NCBI RefSeq assembly: GCF_001194135.2
Contig: NC_068995.1
Span: 32,922,213 to 32,986,212 of the forward strand
Direction: 5' to 3'
Length of the DNA: 64,000 nt
DNA from: Octopus bimaculoides
Lineage: Eukaryota
In this document: piece by piece, positions 13,481 through 26,604 of the stretch
How positions within the stretch are numbered: the first letter of the stretch is position 1
How the letters are laid out: every line of letters starts with the position of its first letter
Notes under the pieces: generated by a model
The model's input: only the letters and a program-made list of their open reading frames with translations
Database searches by the model: none
Told to the model about the DNA's origin: nothing
Made by a program: the position numbers and the translations under genes

Positions 13481-14739
13481 TATATATGAGAGAGAGAGAG
13501 AGAGAAAACTGGGAAAGAAAGGGAGACAAGAAATCTTCAATGAAGAGCAAAACTTTCTCCAATATGTGTGTGTGTTTGTATGTGACATCTTCATCATTAT
13601 CGTTTTGTCTACTTTGCATGCACCCGACCCACTCTGTGAAGTGTGAAGTTGTGGGAAAGGGCTACTGAATGAAAACTAACACCTCAATAGAGAAAATCAT
13701 CATCCATCTCATGAAAACATTGGTAGAGATTAAGTGAATGAACCAACATGCATAACATAAATGTATATATGTCTACCTAGCTATCAATTTGTAAAGGTCT
13801 GAGTGTTTATGTCTTTGTATTTATACTTTATCTAACTACTAATCTATAGATAGACCCACCCCCACCCCTTAAACAAACAAATATTTTTATAAAAGGAAAA
13901 ATAAGCACAGATAAATCAACTGAATAAGAACATTGGAAAATTGCAAGCAGGGAGACAACTCTTCCTCTCATGTGTTGTTGACTGAGAGTCGTAGTTTCAG
14001 TAACGTGTGTGTGTGAATGCGAAGACATACATTGTGGACTCTCTAAATTGTAGACGATAGATGAGGGTTCTGCAGATTTTTGCTGAGCAATCTTTCACAG
14101 ATAATTCGTTTTTTAGCTTACTCCTTCCATCAAATCAATATTGCTTGTACAGTTGCATTTTGTGCCACATATTAGATGTTGAAGTGATGGCAGAGCAATG
14201 TAATGTAATGTGAAGTGTTTTACTCAAGAACACAATGCATCACCCAGTCCAGGAATCGAGACTAAGATCTAACAATCATGAATGCAACACTCTAACCACT
14301 AGGCCATGTGCCCTCACTTTGTATGTAGACATACACATATGGTAATATACATATATTAATCTGTACATATATATACATATATTTATATTAACCTAATTGG
14401 GCTTTGTAATTGTGGAAACTGTGACACTGGTAATAGATCATAATTAGCAAGTGACAATGGTGGTGATTAAGAATCTGTTTCATGCAGCAACTAGTCAGTA
14501 AATTCATCTGTGTACTTAGCAATGACACTCGACAGTCCTATGCTGTTCCTTTGACTTTTACATATTTTAATCAAGTATGTCATTCAGCCAAATTTCTTCA
14601 TAATTTTCACAAATACATTTACTTTCATTTCAATTATCCCTACTAAATACTGATCATCCAAATGAATAACTTATTGATAATATGTAAAATCATCAATTAT
14701 ATTTCTTTGTAATAAACAATTTATTATTTTGTTTTTTAG

Positions 14740-17700
14740 ATGAGAAGACAAAACCCACATCCTCAAGATATGTGCACCAAATGCCATCTGAGAGCTTCAA
14801 TGCCAGCCAATATGTAACTGCTGATAGTGATCCTGAAGAATATGAATCTCTGGAAATGTCAAAGTCTAAACCTTCATTTTCCATCCTCAAAAGGACTCAG
14901 AATGGTCTGGTTCATCATAGTAAAGACAAACAGTTTGACATGAGGAAATCTGTTTCAACAGAATCTTATGAGGAGAAATACATCAGCAAAAACACTGGAT
15001 ATCAATCCTCTAACCGACCGATACCTGCTCTTCGTAGGCGCACTGGCAACATTGCAAATCTGCCAGAGAAATTTAAGGATACTGAGATTAAAAGTAAGAA
15101 AGAATCAGAAGTTAGTTCTGAAATGTTTCTGACTCCTGCAGCCTCAAGCCCACGGAGACATCGTCATCGACCAAGTCGGCGTTATCATTCTGATGATGAT
15201 TCTCCAAATGTTAGCTCTTTGGAGCAGATTTCTAGTAGTGAGGAAGAATTCATTAGTTCAACTAATACTACAACAGATTCCGATCTATATATTACTGTTA
15301 ATGAAACACCACAGAAACCAGTATTTCCACGTATTGATCCAGATTTGTCCATTGACTTACAAAAAAAAATGGAAAAATTGCAATCATTGAAAATTCCAAT
15401 TGCTCATAAAATTGAACAGCTTCGTAATTGCCTGAACAAACTGGAAAACAATCAGTTATCAGCTTCTCTGGAACAGATTCTTCATGAAAGTCTTATAAAT
15501 GAAAGCAAGCCCATTAGTGTACCCATTGTTCGAGAAAGTTATCCTCCAACTCACAGCCGTTTATGGAATGGTCGACATAGAGAAGGCAGAACACAGCCTA
15601 CACATTCAGTCCATAAAAAATCAAGTCCAAATAATGTTGATATAAAACTAAGCATGGATATTCCTTCAGGAAAGATTTACGTGAATGAAAGGAACATCAA
15701 GAAATCAAAACATCGTGGTCACCAAACATATGAAATTCACCTGGATTCCAGTGAATCAACAGAGAAAAGCAGTAACAGATCAAAAGATGATTCAGTTATT
15801 GATATTAAACTGAAACCAAAAAAGAAATCCCACAAGAAAATTTATGTCGTGAATCCACCTCATGGCTCAGAGTTTCCTACAAAATATGAAAAGTTTGAAT
15901 ATTTAAACAGTGAGTACAATGATAAAAGTAAATTAGTATGTAATGAACCATCTTATAAAGGACCATACCCTAACGTAACAGAAAACAACCACAACAGAAA
16001 TAATCCCAAGTTTTATAATCATGCTGCTGGTCACACTGAATATTTGTCCCAACAAACCAATCAGAATGGCTGGGGTAGAGGACAGTATATTGATGAGAGG
16101 TGTGATAGAATAGTAGCAAATACAACTAGTTCTGTGTATCAAAAAATACCGAGAAGTAATGCTGAAAAAACCTCCTGTAATAAAGAAAAACAGCGGCAAG
16201 AGCCAAGCAGAATGAGAGAAAGTGGTCATCCTTCTGGCCATTTATATCCCAAACTGACCACATTAACAGATAATGATGATGAGTCTTGTGAAAATCGAAA
16301 TGATGTGCGGTGTGTTCAAATACCATCAAGGTTGCAACATCAACAACAAAATGCGCATTTAAGAACAGTTTCTGGAAGAGATCATCTTGACGGTGCAATA
16401 GAAGAGACTATTGTAAAGCAAGTATTTCGACCACCCTGCTCTAAATCACAGGCTGTTCTATCTAAAAGAACTCAAGAGTTCAGAAAACCAGATTCACAGG
16501 TTCTTACTCATGCAGAAGTTCACCAAGAGGAAGAACCATCTCGAAATAAAATTTCAACCAGGAACAAAAATTTTCGGTTTGGGGGGCGTGTCATACAGAA
16601 GCCATGTCACAAAGATATTGCAGCTAAAACAACAGTGCCCATGGTGATGAACACGCCCCTTAATCCTCAAATTGCTCGTTGTAAGTTATATGAGACTGAA
16701 AGTGCAGTGCAAAATATGGATGTTAAACGGACTGAGTCAGATGTGAGTTGTGCTACTACAGATACCTATGTTACATGTAGAACAATAGGCAGTGAAAATA
16801 GTGAAGAGTTCTTTTCTTGTGATGATGGAACCAATGAAAGTGCTCTTGAAAGTAAATTTGAAAGTATTCTACATTCTTTCAGTAGCTATCTGAAAAAACA
16901 ACTTGAACAATCTAATAGTCAAGAATCCAGCAATTTTCAAGATTTTCAATTCAATACTGATGAATTATCAAAAGCCATGTTAGAGCTGAATCTGAAAGAA
17001 GGAAATGATTCTTCCATTGATGCAGAAGCATATATGAGTATGTTGTCACGAATTGAAGATCAGATAATTACTGAGCCACAACGGAATGGTCAAGAATCAA
17101 TTTCTCTCTATACAAGCCATTTTAAGAGTGTAAATACACCTGAAAACTCGTGCTACATAAGTACAAGTGAACAATGCCAACCAGTAAACTCACAACAGGT
17201 AGTTCATCGTCAGTCAGTGTCACCTGAATTGAAATGTTATGAACCAAAAGAGAGTAAATATAACAGTGCTCTGTTGCCTCGGGAAAGTGATGAAGATTCT
17301 CTCTACCTTGTTTGCAATCCAAATAATTCCAGTGCTGCTCAGTTTCAATCATTTGATGAACCCGACTGTAAACATTTAGTGCCAAAACCTCCAAAACTAC
17401 TTCCTAAATTACAGCAGAAGAAATATTCAGCAAATAGAGATAGAGATTCTAATGAGACTGAAAAGACAAGGGGTTCTCATTCATCACAATTTTCACAAGT
17501 AATGTCTGAACTGCAGGGTAAATTCCAACAGAAAGCAGCACAGCCAAACACATCTGTTTATCGGTGGCAACCACCAGACTATATTCTGAAATCTAAACCC
17601 AGCTGTTCTGCTAACAAAGCAGTTGGAAGTACCATTAGCTCAAGTGCTCATCAAGAAAATCTTAAAAGAAATGTTGGTTTAGAATTGAAAAATCACCCCC

Positions 17701-20583
17701 TTGTCAAAAAATTTAATCGGTTAGATGATGGTGAACTTTCATTAAGTTGTGTTGAAAACTCATGTCATTTTTATTCATGTGAAACTTCGGGTAATGCTAA
17801 TTGTAGTAACATAGTCAGTGAACCCATTGTTACTAAGTCTAATGATGTGCCACCTAAGATTGAGAGAACCGCTTCTCGGTCACACTTTGTGTCATTTGAA
17901 GAGAAAAAAAAACTTCATTGTAAACCAAGTCGCAAGCAAGAAAGACTTGTTGATCTTCACTCTTACTATACATCAGTCCAAGAAGAAGATGGACTTGATT
18001 ACTCTCGTTATGTATCAGTTCAAGAAGAAGAAGAAGAAGAAGAAGAAGTTGATTCTCGTTATGTGTCTGTCCAAGGTGAAGCTAAACCTGCTGATTCTCA
18101 ATATTTATCTTTTCAAGAAGATGAAATTCCTAATTCTCGCTATTTATCAGTTCAAGGGGAAAACCAACCATTTACTTCTCAGTCTCATTATTTGTCTGCA
18201 AGGGAGGAAACAGAAGCCTCGTCATCCAAACATCATTCCATGTTAACTCAAAATCAAAATAAGTCGGTCAATTCCCAGTCACATTTCCTCTCAGCTCAGG
18301 AAGATGGTCTTGGTATTTCAAAAATAAACCATATACAGCAGAGAAGAAAGAGAATTCCTCAAAACAGCCACTCTGGGTGTAAACAGCAGTCTGCTCCTCA
18401 AAATGAACCAGTTACATTACAAACCCGATTCACATCACCAACAGATAATTGTGGGGATCAGTCACATTATGAATCTGTTCAAGGTGGAATGATGTCAATA
18501 GAAGGGCAATATTTTTCAACTGTGCAAGATTCTTCTTATAGTTTAAAAGATCAAAATCTGGACCAATCTACTGTCCTTGATAAATCTGCTATAAACTCTC
18601 AATGGCAATATGTCTCTGCCAGTAGTGGCTTTCATAATCGCTCTGTTACCTGGCAGAATCCAATCTCTACATATGATGAACCTGATGCAGTTGTTGTTGT
18701 GAGTACTGATGATAGTCTTTCATGGAGTCCTGGAAAAGATGGTCATCCACCCCAAATTCCTCCTTTTACATCCACATCGGCTTCAGAAGATGTTACTTCT
18801 GGGTCTACCTCCTCTGATGGTCTTAAAAAATGTCTTGCATCTAAAGAGTTTCTATCTCCTGAAAAGAGAACAACTATGTGGGTTAATGGACTCTACAAGA
18901 TTGAGGAATATTTTGACCAAAACATAAGTAGCATAAATCCAGTTACTTCTCAGAGCAGTTCTTCTGATAATGTAAACAACATGAAAAAAATTGCTGCTAA
19001 TGCAAATAGGCCACAACCGTCAGCACCACCTAAGTCAGAGGTGTTTAGTGAGTTTACAACAGCCCATAGTGACTTTAATGCCATTACAGATATTTCTACT
19101 GTTGCTGTTGCTGGAACTACTGGTGATAAAAGTGATCCTTTGACTCCATCATCTCGAAGTCCTCAACGTCCTACTTTGTATCCATCCCTTCATGATCCTC
19201 TTCCTAATCCTGCTTCAAGTCCCACGCCAGAAGGTAAGGAACCAATGATTAAAAATAGATTGGCCAATGATGCTTCTATTCATGTGTCTTCTGATGAAAG
19301 GCAAAAAGATAATGATGGGTCATCAGCAAACTTAATTAATAATGTTAATGATAATGACCAGATTGGTTTTGTAAGAAATAAGACAGCAATGTGTGCAATT
19401 AATGTCCTTCCATCAGTTAGTTCAAAAGGATTAGAACAGGAATTGCCAAATATTAAACAGGAACTAGTGAATTTTAAAGCTAATAAAAATATTTCTACTC
19501 AGACACCTATTCTAAGGATCCCACCTAGCCCTCCAACTAAAAAAGCTAATTCACACTTGCCTAAACCCCCAAACCACCTTAAGAATTCTTCTAACATAAC
19601 TATTACTAGTTATACCAATGATTCTAAATCACCAAAGCGTTTTGAAAAATTACGAAAGACAATCGTTAATTTAAAAAAATTGCTTCCCAGTGGAAAATCT
19701 CAGAGAAAAACTGGAAAAAGCACATTTATCAGTGTTGATAGAAGTCCTAAGTTTTTTTCTTCAAATCCTGGCCGATCAGTTGCAAAGACTGGTACTTCAG
19801 GAACACAAACTGATACACCAATTTATTATGAACCCACTCTCCAACCAGTACATGTTACTAAGTCTGATGAACTCTCTCTCTCTGTAAATTTTTCAGAGCA
19901 CCTGTCTGATTACTCTGAGAAATACCCTGGTTCCATTATAGATCACCTTAAACAGCCAAATCTTTCTGAGACCTTGGACATTTGTAGTTCTTCTGGAGCA
20001 ACTTCAGGTTCTATAGAAAGATTCTTGACTCCATATCAAGAAGAAAATGAGCAAGCACCTGTTGGTTTTGATGAAGTTGACTTCATGCCAACTCTTTCAC
20101 AGGCAAATAAGATCATTGCTACTGTACATTATGGAGAAACATATCGGAGCTGTATCAAATTGCCAGATAAACATGACAAAGATATTAAATTCATACACAT
20201 AGACCCTGAAAGACACATCAATTTTATTGAGCGTCGCATTTCTGTTGAACCTGAAAGTAGCCATTCAGAGGACTCTGTGGATGCTAAAAAATATTTCTCA
20301 AAATCACCTGAGGAAACTTCTAGTGAAAGCAGTGATGAGTTATTCTGGAAGTCGTATAGCAAAGCCAAAAAGGATAAAACCCTCACAGATTCAAAACTTT
20401 TACAGCTACAAAGTGTCCTCAAGAGCCATAGTTCTTTTACAGATGATGGTCTGAAGAAAATATTTGTAGATTTTGATTTGCCACTTCCAGGTCCAATCAC
20501 TTCAGCTACTCGGGGAATGTACATCAATCGCCTGAAGGCTATTGCAAATGGAACTCCATCTCCTAAGGTTTTACCCTCCCCAG
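14740..20583 (+). CDS. ANKLE1: ANKLE1-like giant exon (5,844 nt): Ser/Asn/Lys-rich low-complexity linker ending in the LEM domain (~20430-20537)
   Basis: Acceptor ttttttag|AT is in frame with ORF 14772..20669; donor CCA G|gtaagg at 20583/4; phase 1 at both ends matches the neighbouring exons; FTDDGLKKIFVDFDLPLPGPITSATRGMYINRLK fits the LEM consensus (PGPIT.TR..Y..KL). Confidence 0.88.
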
Positions 20584-22411
20584 GTAAGGTGTCTCTAGAG
20601 ACATTCAACCATCTAACTTGTCCATTTTGTCTTTTTCTTTGCCCCCTTCTGGCTGTTCACACATTATGAAGATGAAACAGTTTTCATCTGCTTCTTCATA
20701 AAATCCTTGTCTTTCAATAATGATTTTGTAAGGCAAAATAAGATCATCCCAATGTTTAGGCAAGTGATATTACATCACATTCAGTTTCTACTCTATGTTA
20801 CTCCATATTATCTTTTCATTAAATTAGTTACTTTGCTAAATGAATCATGGATTAAATCATCTATTTTGGTGTGGATAATGTTTAGCTTAGTTTGGTACTT
20901 TTTACACATCAAACTCTTCCCATAGGTTTATATTATGTGCCCCCCCCCCCAAATGTTTTAACATTTAGAATAGCTAATAACTAAACTTTCAACCACACAC
21001 ACTTTGAAATTTTACTGAGCTTATTATTCTAGCAAAATATCACTGTATCAATTTGCTCTGTTGTATTAGAGATTATGCAAGAAAAATTTGGTGTAATTCT
21101 TGTGTGATAGTTTATTCATATTTGTTTTACAAGCAAAAGGAATTAAATGCTGAAGGTACTCATGTAATTATACTACTATTTAAATAACATATTATACAAG
21201 TTTAATTCTCATATTTGTTTAACATGTCTCAGTACTTTGAAAAATTATAAAAATGCTGCTCTTTAAGATGTTAGCTCTCTCACCCTCTCCAAGAAAAATC
21301 AACCCAAAACTTTAATTAATTAATTTCTTTTCTACATTGAATAATGATTTTTGTTTGTAGTATATTTTTTTTCACTCTGGAGAGAAGGTAGTCCCTATTA
21401 CAGGCCTCTGACTTGCTATTTTCGGAAAGCCTAAAAGTTCTTGAAAAAACTTTAAAATTATATCTATGTTCAAAGGTACAGGAATGACTGGCTAAGATTT
21501 CTTTTCAAGCACACTGTACATGTGTGTGTGTGCGTGTGTATATATAAAGGAAACTATTCAGTTTTCTGTTGTTCTCTGAGTGGTTGGCGTTAGGAAGGGC
21601 ATCCAGCTGTAGAAACTCTGCCAAATTAGATTGGAGCCTGGTGTTGCCATCCGGTTTCACCAGTCCTCAGTCAAATCGTCCAACCCATGCTAGCATGGAA
21701 AGCGGACGTTAAACGATGATGATGATGATGATGATGATGATGTGTATGTGAATATATATATATATATATTCCTCCACATTAGGTAGGGTATCGAGCAGTA
21801 GAAACCAACCCAAATCAGATTGGAATCTGGTGCAGTTCTCTGGCTTGCCAGATCTGAACAGACATTAAAAGATGGCGATCATATNNNNNNNNNNNNNNNN
21901 NNNNNNTATATATATATATATATATATGATCGCCATCTTTTAATGTCTGTTCAGATCTGGCAATCCAGAGAACTGCACCAGATTCCAATCTGATTTGGGT
22001 TGGTTTCTACTGCTCGGTGCCCTACCTAATGTGGAGGAATATATATATATATATATATATATATTCACATACACATATACAACAGAAAACTGAATAGTTT
22101 CCTTTGACCAAATTCCATTCACAGTATAAGGTGCTTCCCCCGTATTCTACTCAATGAGAATGAGCCAGAAAACATGATTGCAAAATGGACTTCTTATCCC
22201 TACAGCCTGTGACTATGAACATGCATATAATTTTATAAATTTGTTAAAAGCATGTAGTGTTTCTTAAAATAGCAAGTCTTGTAGTTTGAGTTACAGTAAT
22301 ACATTCAATGGTGATTTTGTAATAGAAAGTCCAGGCATATCATAAAGTAGTTCTGCATATATAATTCTTTATTATTACCTATAATGCCCATCTTTGATCT
22401 TTTATTGCCAG

Positions 22412-22615
22412 ATTATCCTGTCACTCTGCGTCAAGCTATGAGGGAGCTACCCAACTGGACAGAAACTGTTGAGATGGAGCAGAAGATGGTTGTGAAGTTT
22501 GAAAATTCCAAATATAGTCAGAAACGCAAAGGTGGAAATTTGAAGCATTTTTTCACATATCTGCTTCTGGACCCTCGAGTAACCAAGAATCTCCCACTTC
22601 AAGCATCTAAAATTG
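22412..22615 (+). CDS. ANKLE1: ANKLE1-like exon, start of GIY-YIG nuclease domain
   Basis: gccag|AT...ATT G|gtgag; KGGNLKHFFTYLLLDPRVTKNLP matches the ANKLE1-family FxYLLLDPR motif. Confidence 0.93.
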
Positions 22616-22734
22616 GTGAGCTATGTTAATGTGGAATTCCTACTGTATAAGGAAGGAAGTTCTGAAAGTTTAGTTGCTAGAATAAGAATAGAATGGAGGG
22701 AGTTCAAGTAGTTATTACTTTTCTTGGTAACAAG

Positions 22735-23205
22735 AGGTTTCTCACTCAGAGTGAAAGGTCAATTGAATGATGCTTGTGTATGAACAGCAATGCTACATGG
22801 GAGTGAGACATGGGCCTCAAATGCAGAGGACATGTGAAAACTAGAAAGAGTGAAGCTAGTATTCTGCATTGAATGCACAACACCAGTATGCATGTTGTGT
22901 CTATGACGAAATGCAAATATGTTGAGTAAAATTAGGTATAAGAGGAATCAGATGTAGTATACAACAGAGAAGAGTGTGCTAGTTTGGTCATGTGATGTGT
23001 ATGGATGTGGATATCTGTATGAAGAAGTGCCGATTACTTTAAAGTGGATGGAACTTGTGGACAAGAGAGAACCAGGAAAACATGGATGAAGTAATGAAGG
23101 TTGATCTTAAGATGTTAAGCTTCGTGGAGGAGATAACAAAGGACTGAGATGATTGGTGATTTACTGTGCTTGAGAATGCCAACTACAGTTGGTGTGAAGT
23201 TGGCT
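22735..23205 (+). mobile_element. RTE-clade LINE 3' fragment (degenerate)
   Basis: Reads FSLRVKG..DACV*TAMLHGSETW...RRVC*FGHVM...RKTW, the RTE ORF C-terminal motifs, with stops. Confidence 0.75.
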
Positions 23206-23496
23206 GATGAAGAACTACATTACACATGGTATCCAGCCATGTACAACTACTTCTTCCTCTCTGAGCAAGTTGGCTTGCTGGGTTGGTCTGCAGTTTCCTA
23301 GCCGCTGACTTGACTGTTAGATCTGTGTTGGTGTCAGGGGGCCATGTTTTGCAACATAAGCATTACAGAGTAATCTGAATGCTAAGGGATTAAGACTGTT
23401 TCCTTCACCTATACTTCCATTCTTCACTTCCACCTCTTGAATCAACAATTATCCTCCCCTACCACTATATGTCTCACACACACCTCATGTACTATG

Positions 23497-23536
<40 letters not shown>

Positions 23537-24789
23537 TGTTTATCGTTTCATCATTGCTATTCTGATGTTCAGCACTGTCAGTCATCTCCTACCCCACTTC
23601 TCCATTGCTAGATTTACTCGATCACTCCAACCCTCACTTCTAAAATGTGAGTAGGCATGTAGCTTTTCTACAGAAATAAACCTGTTCTGCTCTTGCCCCT
23701 CCTCTCATAATTTTACTCATCCTTGGCCCTTTATCTCCTAGCATAAAGTTGCTCCCCTTCAGGTTTGTTGTTTTGCAAACTGCATGATGGCTTCACTGTT
23801 CCTACTCAATACATACTATAAAATGGTTGGTGTTTGGAAGAGCATGCAGCTGTAGTAGCCATCCCAGACACTGAAGCATGATACAGTTCCTGAGCCAATC
23901 AGATTTTGTTAACCCACCCAACTTATATCAGCATGGAATATAAATGTTAAATGATGATGATGTTAATAATGACATAAATGTGTGTTTGTGTGTAAATGTG
24001 TGTGTGTTTGTGTGTAAAAGTGTATGTGGGTATTGCATGTTTATGTCTCCTTACTTTGGCATTTGTATGACTGTTATAAACGAGTGTTACTGTCATGCAA
24101 GCAATGTCATTTCATTTTCAGTATTCTATGACAACATAGCTCGCCATAGGAAAAAAAGTTACCTTGCTTCAAAGCAGGTGAGGGTTGGTAACAGGAAGTG
24201 CGTCAAGCTGTAGAAAATCTACCTTAATAAACTCTGTCCAATTCATGCAAGCATGGAAAAGTAAACACTAAATGACGATGATGATGATGATATAATTTTC
24301 CTTTCCAACACTGATTAATTATTAGGTGAAATATTTTTTGTGAATGACAGACTGAGAGGAGGAGGAGGGTGCATCAGTTTTTTGTGGTCATCATCATCAT
24401 CAGCGTTTAACGTCCGCTTTCCATGCTAGCATGGGTTGGACGATTTGACTGAGGACTGGTGAACCAGATGGCTACACCAGGCTCCAATCTGATTTGGCAG
24501 AGTTTCTACAGCTGGATGCCCTTCCTAACGCCAACCACTCCGAGAGTGTAGTAGGTGCTTTTATGTGCCACTGGCACGAAGGCGAGTCACACGGTACTGG
24601 CAATGGCCACGCTCAAAATGGTGTACTTTACGTGCCACCTGCACAGGAGCCAGTCCAGCGGCACTGGCAACGATCTCGCTCGAATGTCTTACACGTGCCA
24701 CCGGCACAAGTGCCAGGAAGGCGACGCTGGGCACAGGTGCCATCACGATTTCGCTTTCGCTTGCCTCAACAGGTCTTCGCAAGCCGAGT

Positions 24790-25700
24790 TTCATGTCCAA
24801 TGAAGGAGATAACATTGACATGCCTGAATCAGATGATCTTTCTCAATTTTGGACATAGTGCTGATTATGGCAGACTTGAAAGTTTGTATGATGTAATGGG
24901 GTTGTTGATTGACCTTTCTCTCAAATGTGCCCCAGTGGATTGAGGTCTGGTGAGCTGGGAGAACATGATCATGGAGATTGGTACATATCCACACTTGGGT
25001 TGTTCTAGCCTTATGAGATGGCAGGGTCTTGTTAGAAGATGTACAGCCCTTTGTTGCGTACTTTGTCTATCCAGGGCATCACAACTTTCTCCAATACTTC
25101 TCTGTAAACAGTGGCATTGATTGTTAAGCTCTGTGACAAAAGTGAGGAGGCATGACATTTCCCTTGTTACTGACGACTTCCAGAACCATTGAAGTTGCTG
25201 AGAACTTAGTATGTATGACAGTTGGAATCTCATTTGTGTCTCTGCATAACCATCTGTCATTCCTTAAGGTTTACATTTTGGTTCTGATCAGTTTTTTTTT
25301 CATTGGAGAAAAGCCAAAGCATTCTAGCCTTTTAGTGTTTTAACTTGTTTAGGAAACACCTTGCATGGATTGAATGATTTTTTTCTCTTGACATAAACTG
25401 GCCCCTCTGTATCACTTATGGCTTGTACTTGATGTCCTTGTGCACAACTCATTTGATGGTACATTCTGAAACCTTGAGATCTTTTGCAATGGCTCCGATT
25501 GACCTTACGGGGATTTTATCAATTATTTCTTGGGACTTTTTGTATGAAGTTCAGTGTTCTGATGGTATTAGGACCCTGTATGTGCATTTTGTGTTTAGCA
25601 GCTTCCATCTCCTTTTGAACTTTGCTAATGAAGGATTGTGTAACTTTCAGGAAGCTAGCTATCTCTGTAACACTATGCTACAGTGATTACAGTGTGCTTT
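24790..25700 (-). mobile_element. maT/DD37D (Bmmar1-like) transposase remnant
   Basis: Minus-strand fragments VPTVIHTKFSATSMVLEVVSNKGNVM, PWIDKV..IF*QD..SHKARTTQVW, SSPDLNPL; frameshifted. Confidence 0.7.
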
Positions 25701-25854
25701 TTCACTTGCTGAGTCAACCTGATGTCTGACATTATTTATCTGAAAAGTATGGTAAAAAAAATAAGTTAGAAGGAAGTTAGAGTTCTTGAAACTGACACAC
25801 CCTGTAAACTTGCTTGTTTATTTTTTATTTTAATTTTATTTTTTTTGTTTTCAG

Positions 25855-25979
25855 GAGATAAATCTGAACTGTTCCGTAACTTTGTACATGCCATATTCTA
25901 TGTTGGCAAAGGTACACGTGATCGTCCTTACAGTCACTTGTATGATGCTATGAAACGTCTCAACAGCAAGGAAACTAAG
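25855..25979 (+). CDS. ANKLE1: ANKLE1-like exon, GIY-YIG 'YIG' motif
   Basis: tttcag|GA...AAG|gtaagc; FRNFVHAIFYVGKGTRDRPYSHLYDA is the ANKLE1 signature AIFYVGKG.R.RPY.HL. Confidence 0.95.
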
Positions 25980-26467
25980 GTAAGCTACTCTCTCTCCTTC
26001 CTATAGCATTGCTTTCTTATATTGGAACTAAGCAGGAGAAGAAGGGAAATGAAATGTTGCTGTGTCTGCCCATGTCTTGGTAGTATATTCAGCTGAATCA
26101 ATGACCCCATATTGCTGCTAATTTATTGACTACACAGAATATAGCCAACCTCAGTTGAGATTTGAAATTAGAGTTGGGAGAGCCAGAACTAAATACTGTA
26201 GAGTACCTCAGTTCATTGTTCTACTTTTCTTTGCTGTCTTTGACATCTCTTGACTTCCTCTAATAAAATATAATGAAATAATAATTTCAAGCAACAGAAA
26301 TGGAGGGATTTGTTTGATTTCCTTTATCACACTGAACCACACTTGCAATTATAATTTCATGTATCTCATCCGTTCATCCAATCCTTTTCAGCAGAAGGAA
26401 CAGCATTTACACATCTGCTGTGGAGGATGGGTCTTCTTGAGTGCAGCAAGATGCCTCCATACATAAT

Positions 26468-26604
26468 TATTACCTCCGCCAAGGAAGGAGGTTATGTTTT
26501 TGCTGGTGTTGGTTTGGGAAATTGGTTGATTTTCAGCATGCGTGTAAAAGGGTGGAAATGACATGCTTGGGAGAGGTCTGCACTCTCCAAGTGTTTTTCT
26601 AGTT
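26468..26604 (+). mobile_element. Helentron-type non-autonomous element (HINE-like)
   Basis: Sub-terminal IR tacctccgccaag / cttgggagaggt, 3' hairpin gcactctccaagtgt, end ...ctagtt. Confidence 0.55.

Noticed and set aside
17961-18620. Reflectin-like identity for the Tyr-containing repeats
   Set aside because: They lack the Met/Asp-rich reflectin motif and lie in frame within ANKLE1.
20584-20669. Last 28 codons of the 1965-aa ORF (KVSLETFNHLTCPFCLFLC...)
   Set aside because: Intronic read-through beyond a strong CAG|GTAAGG donor that joins in frame to the conserved next exon.
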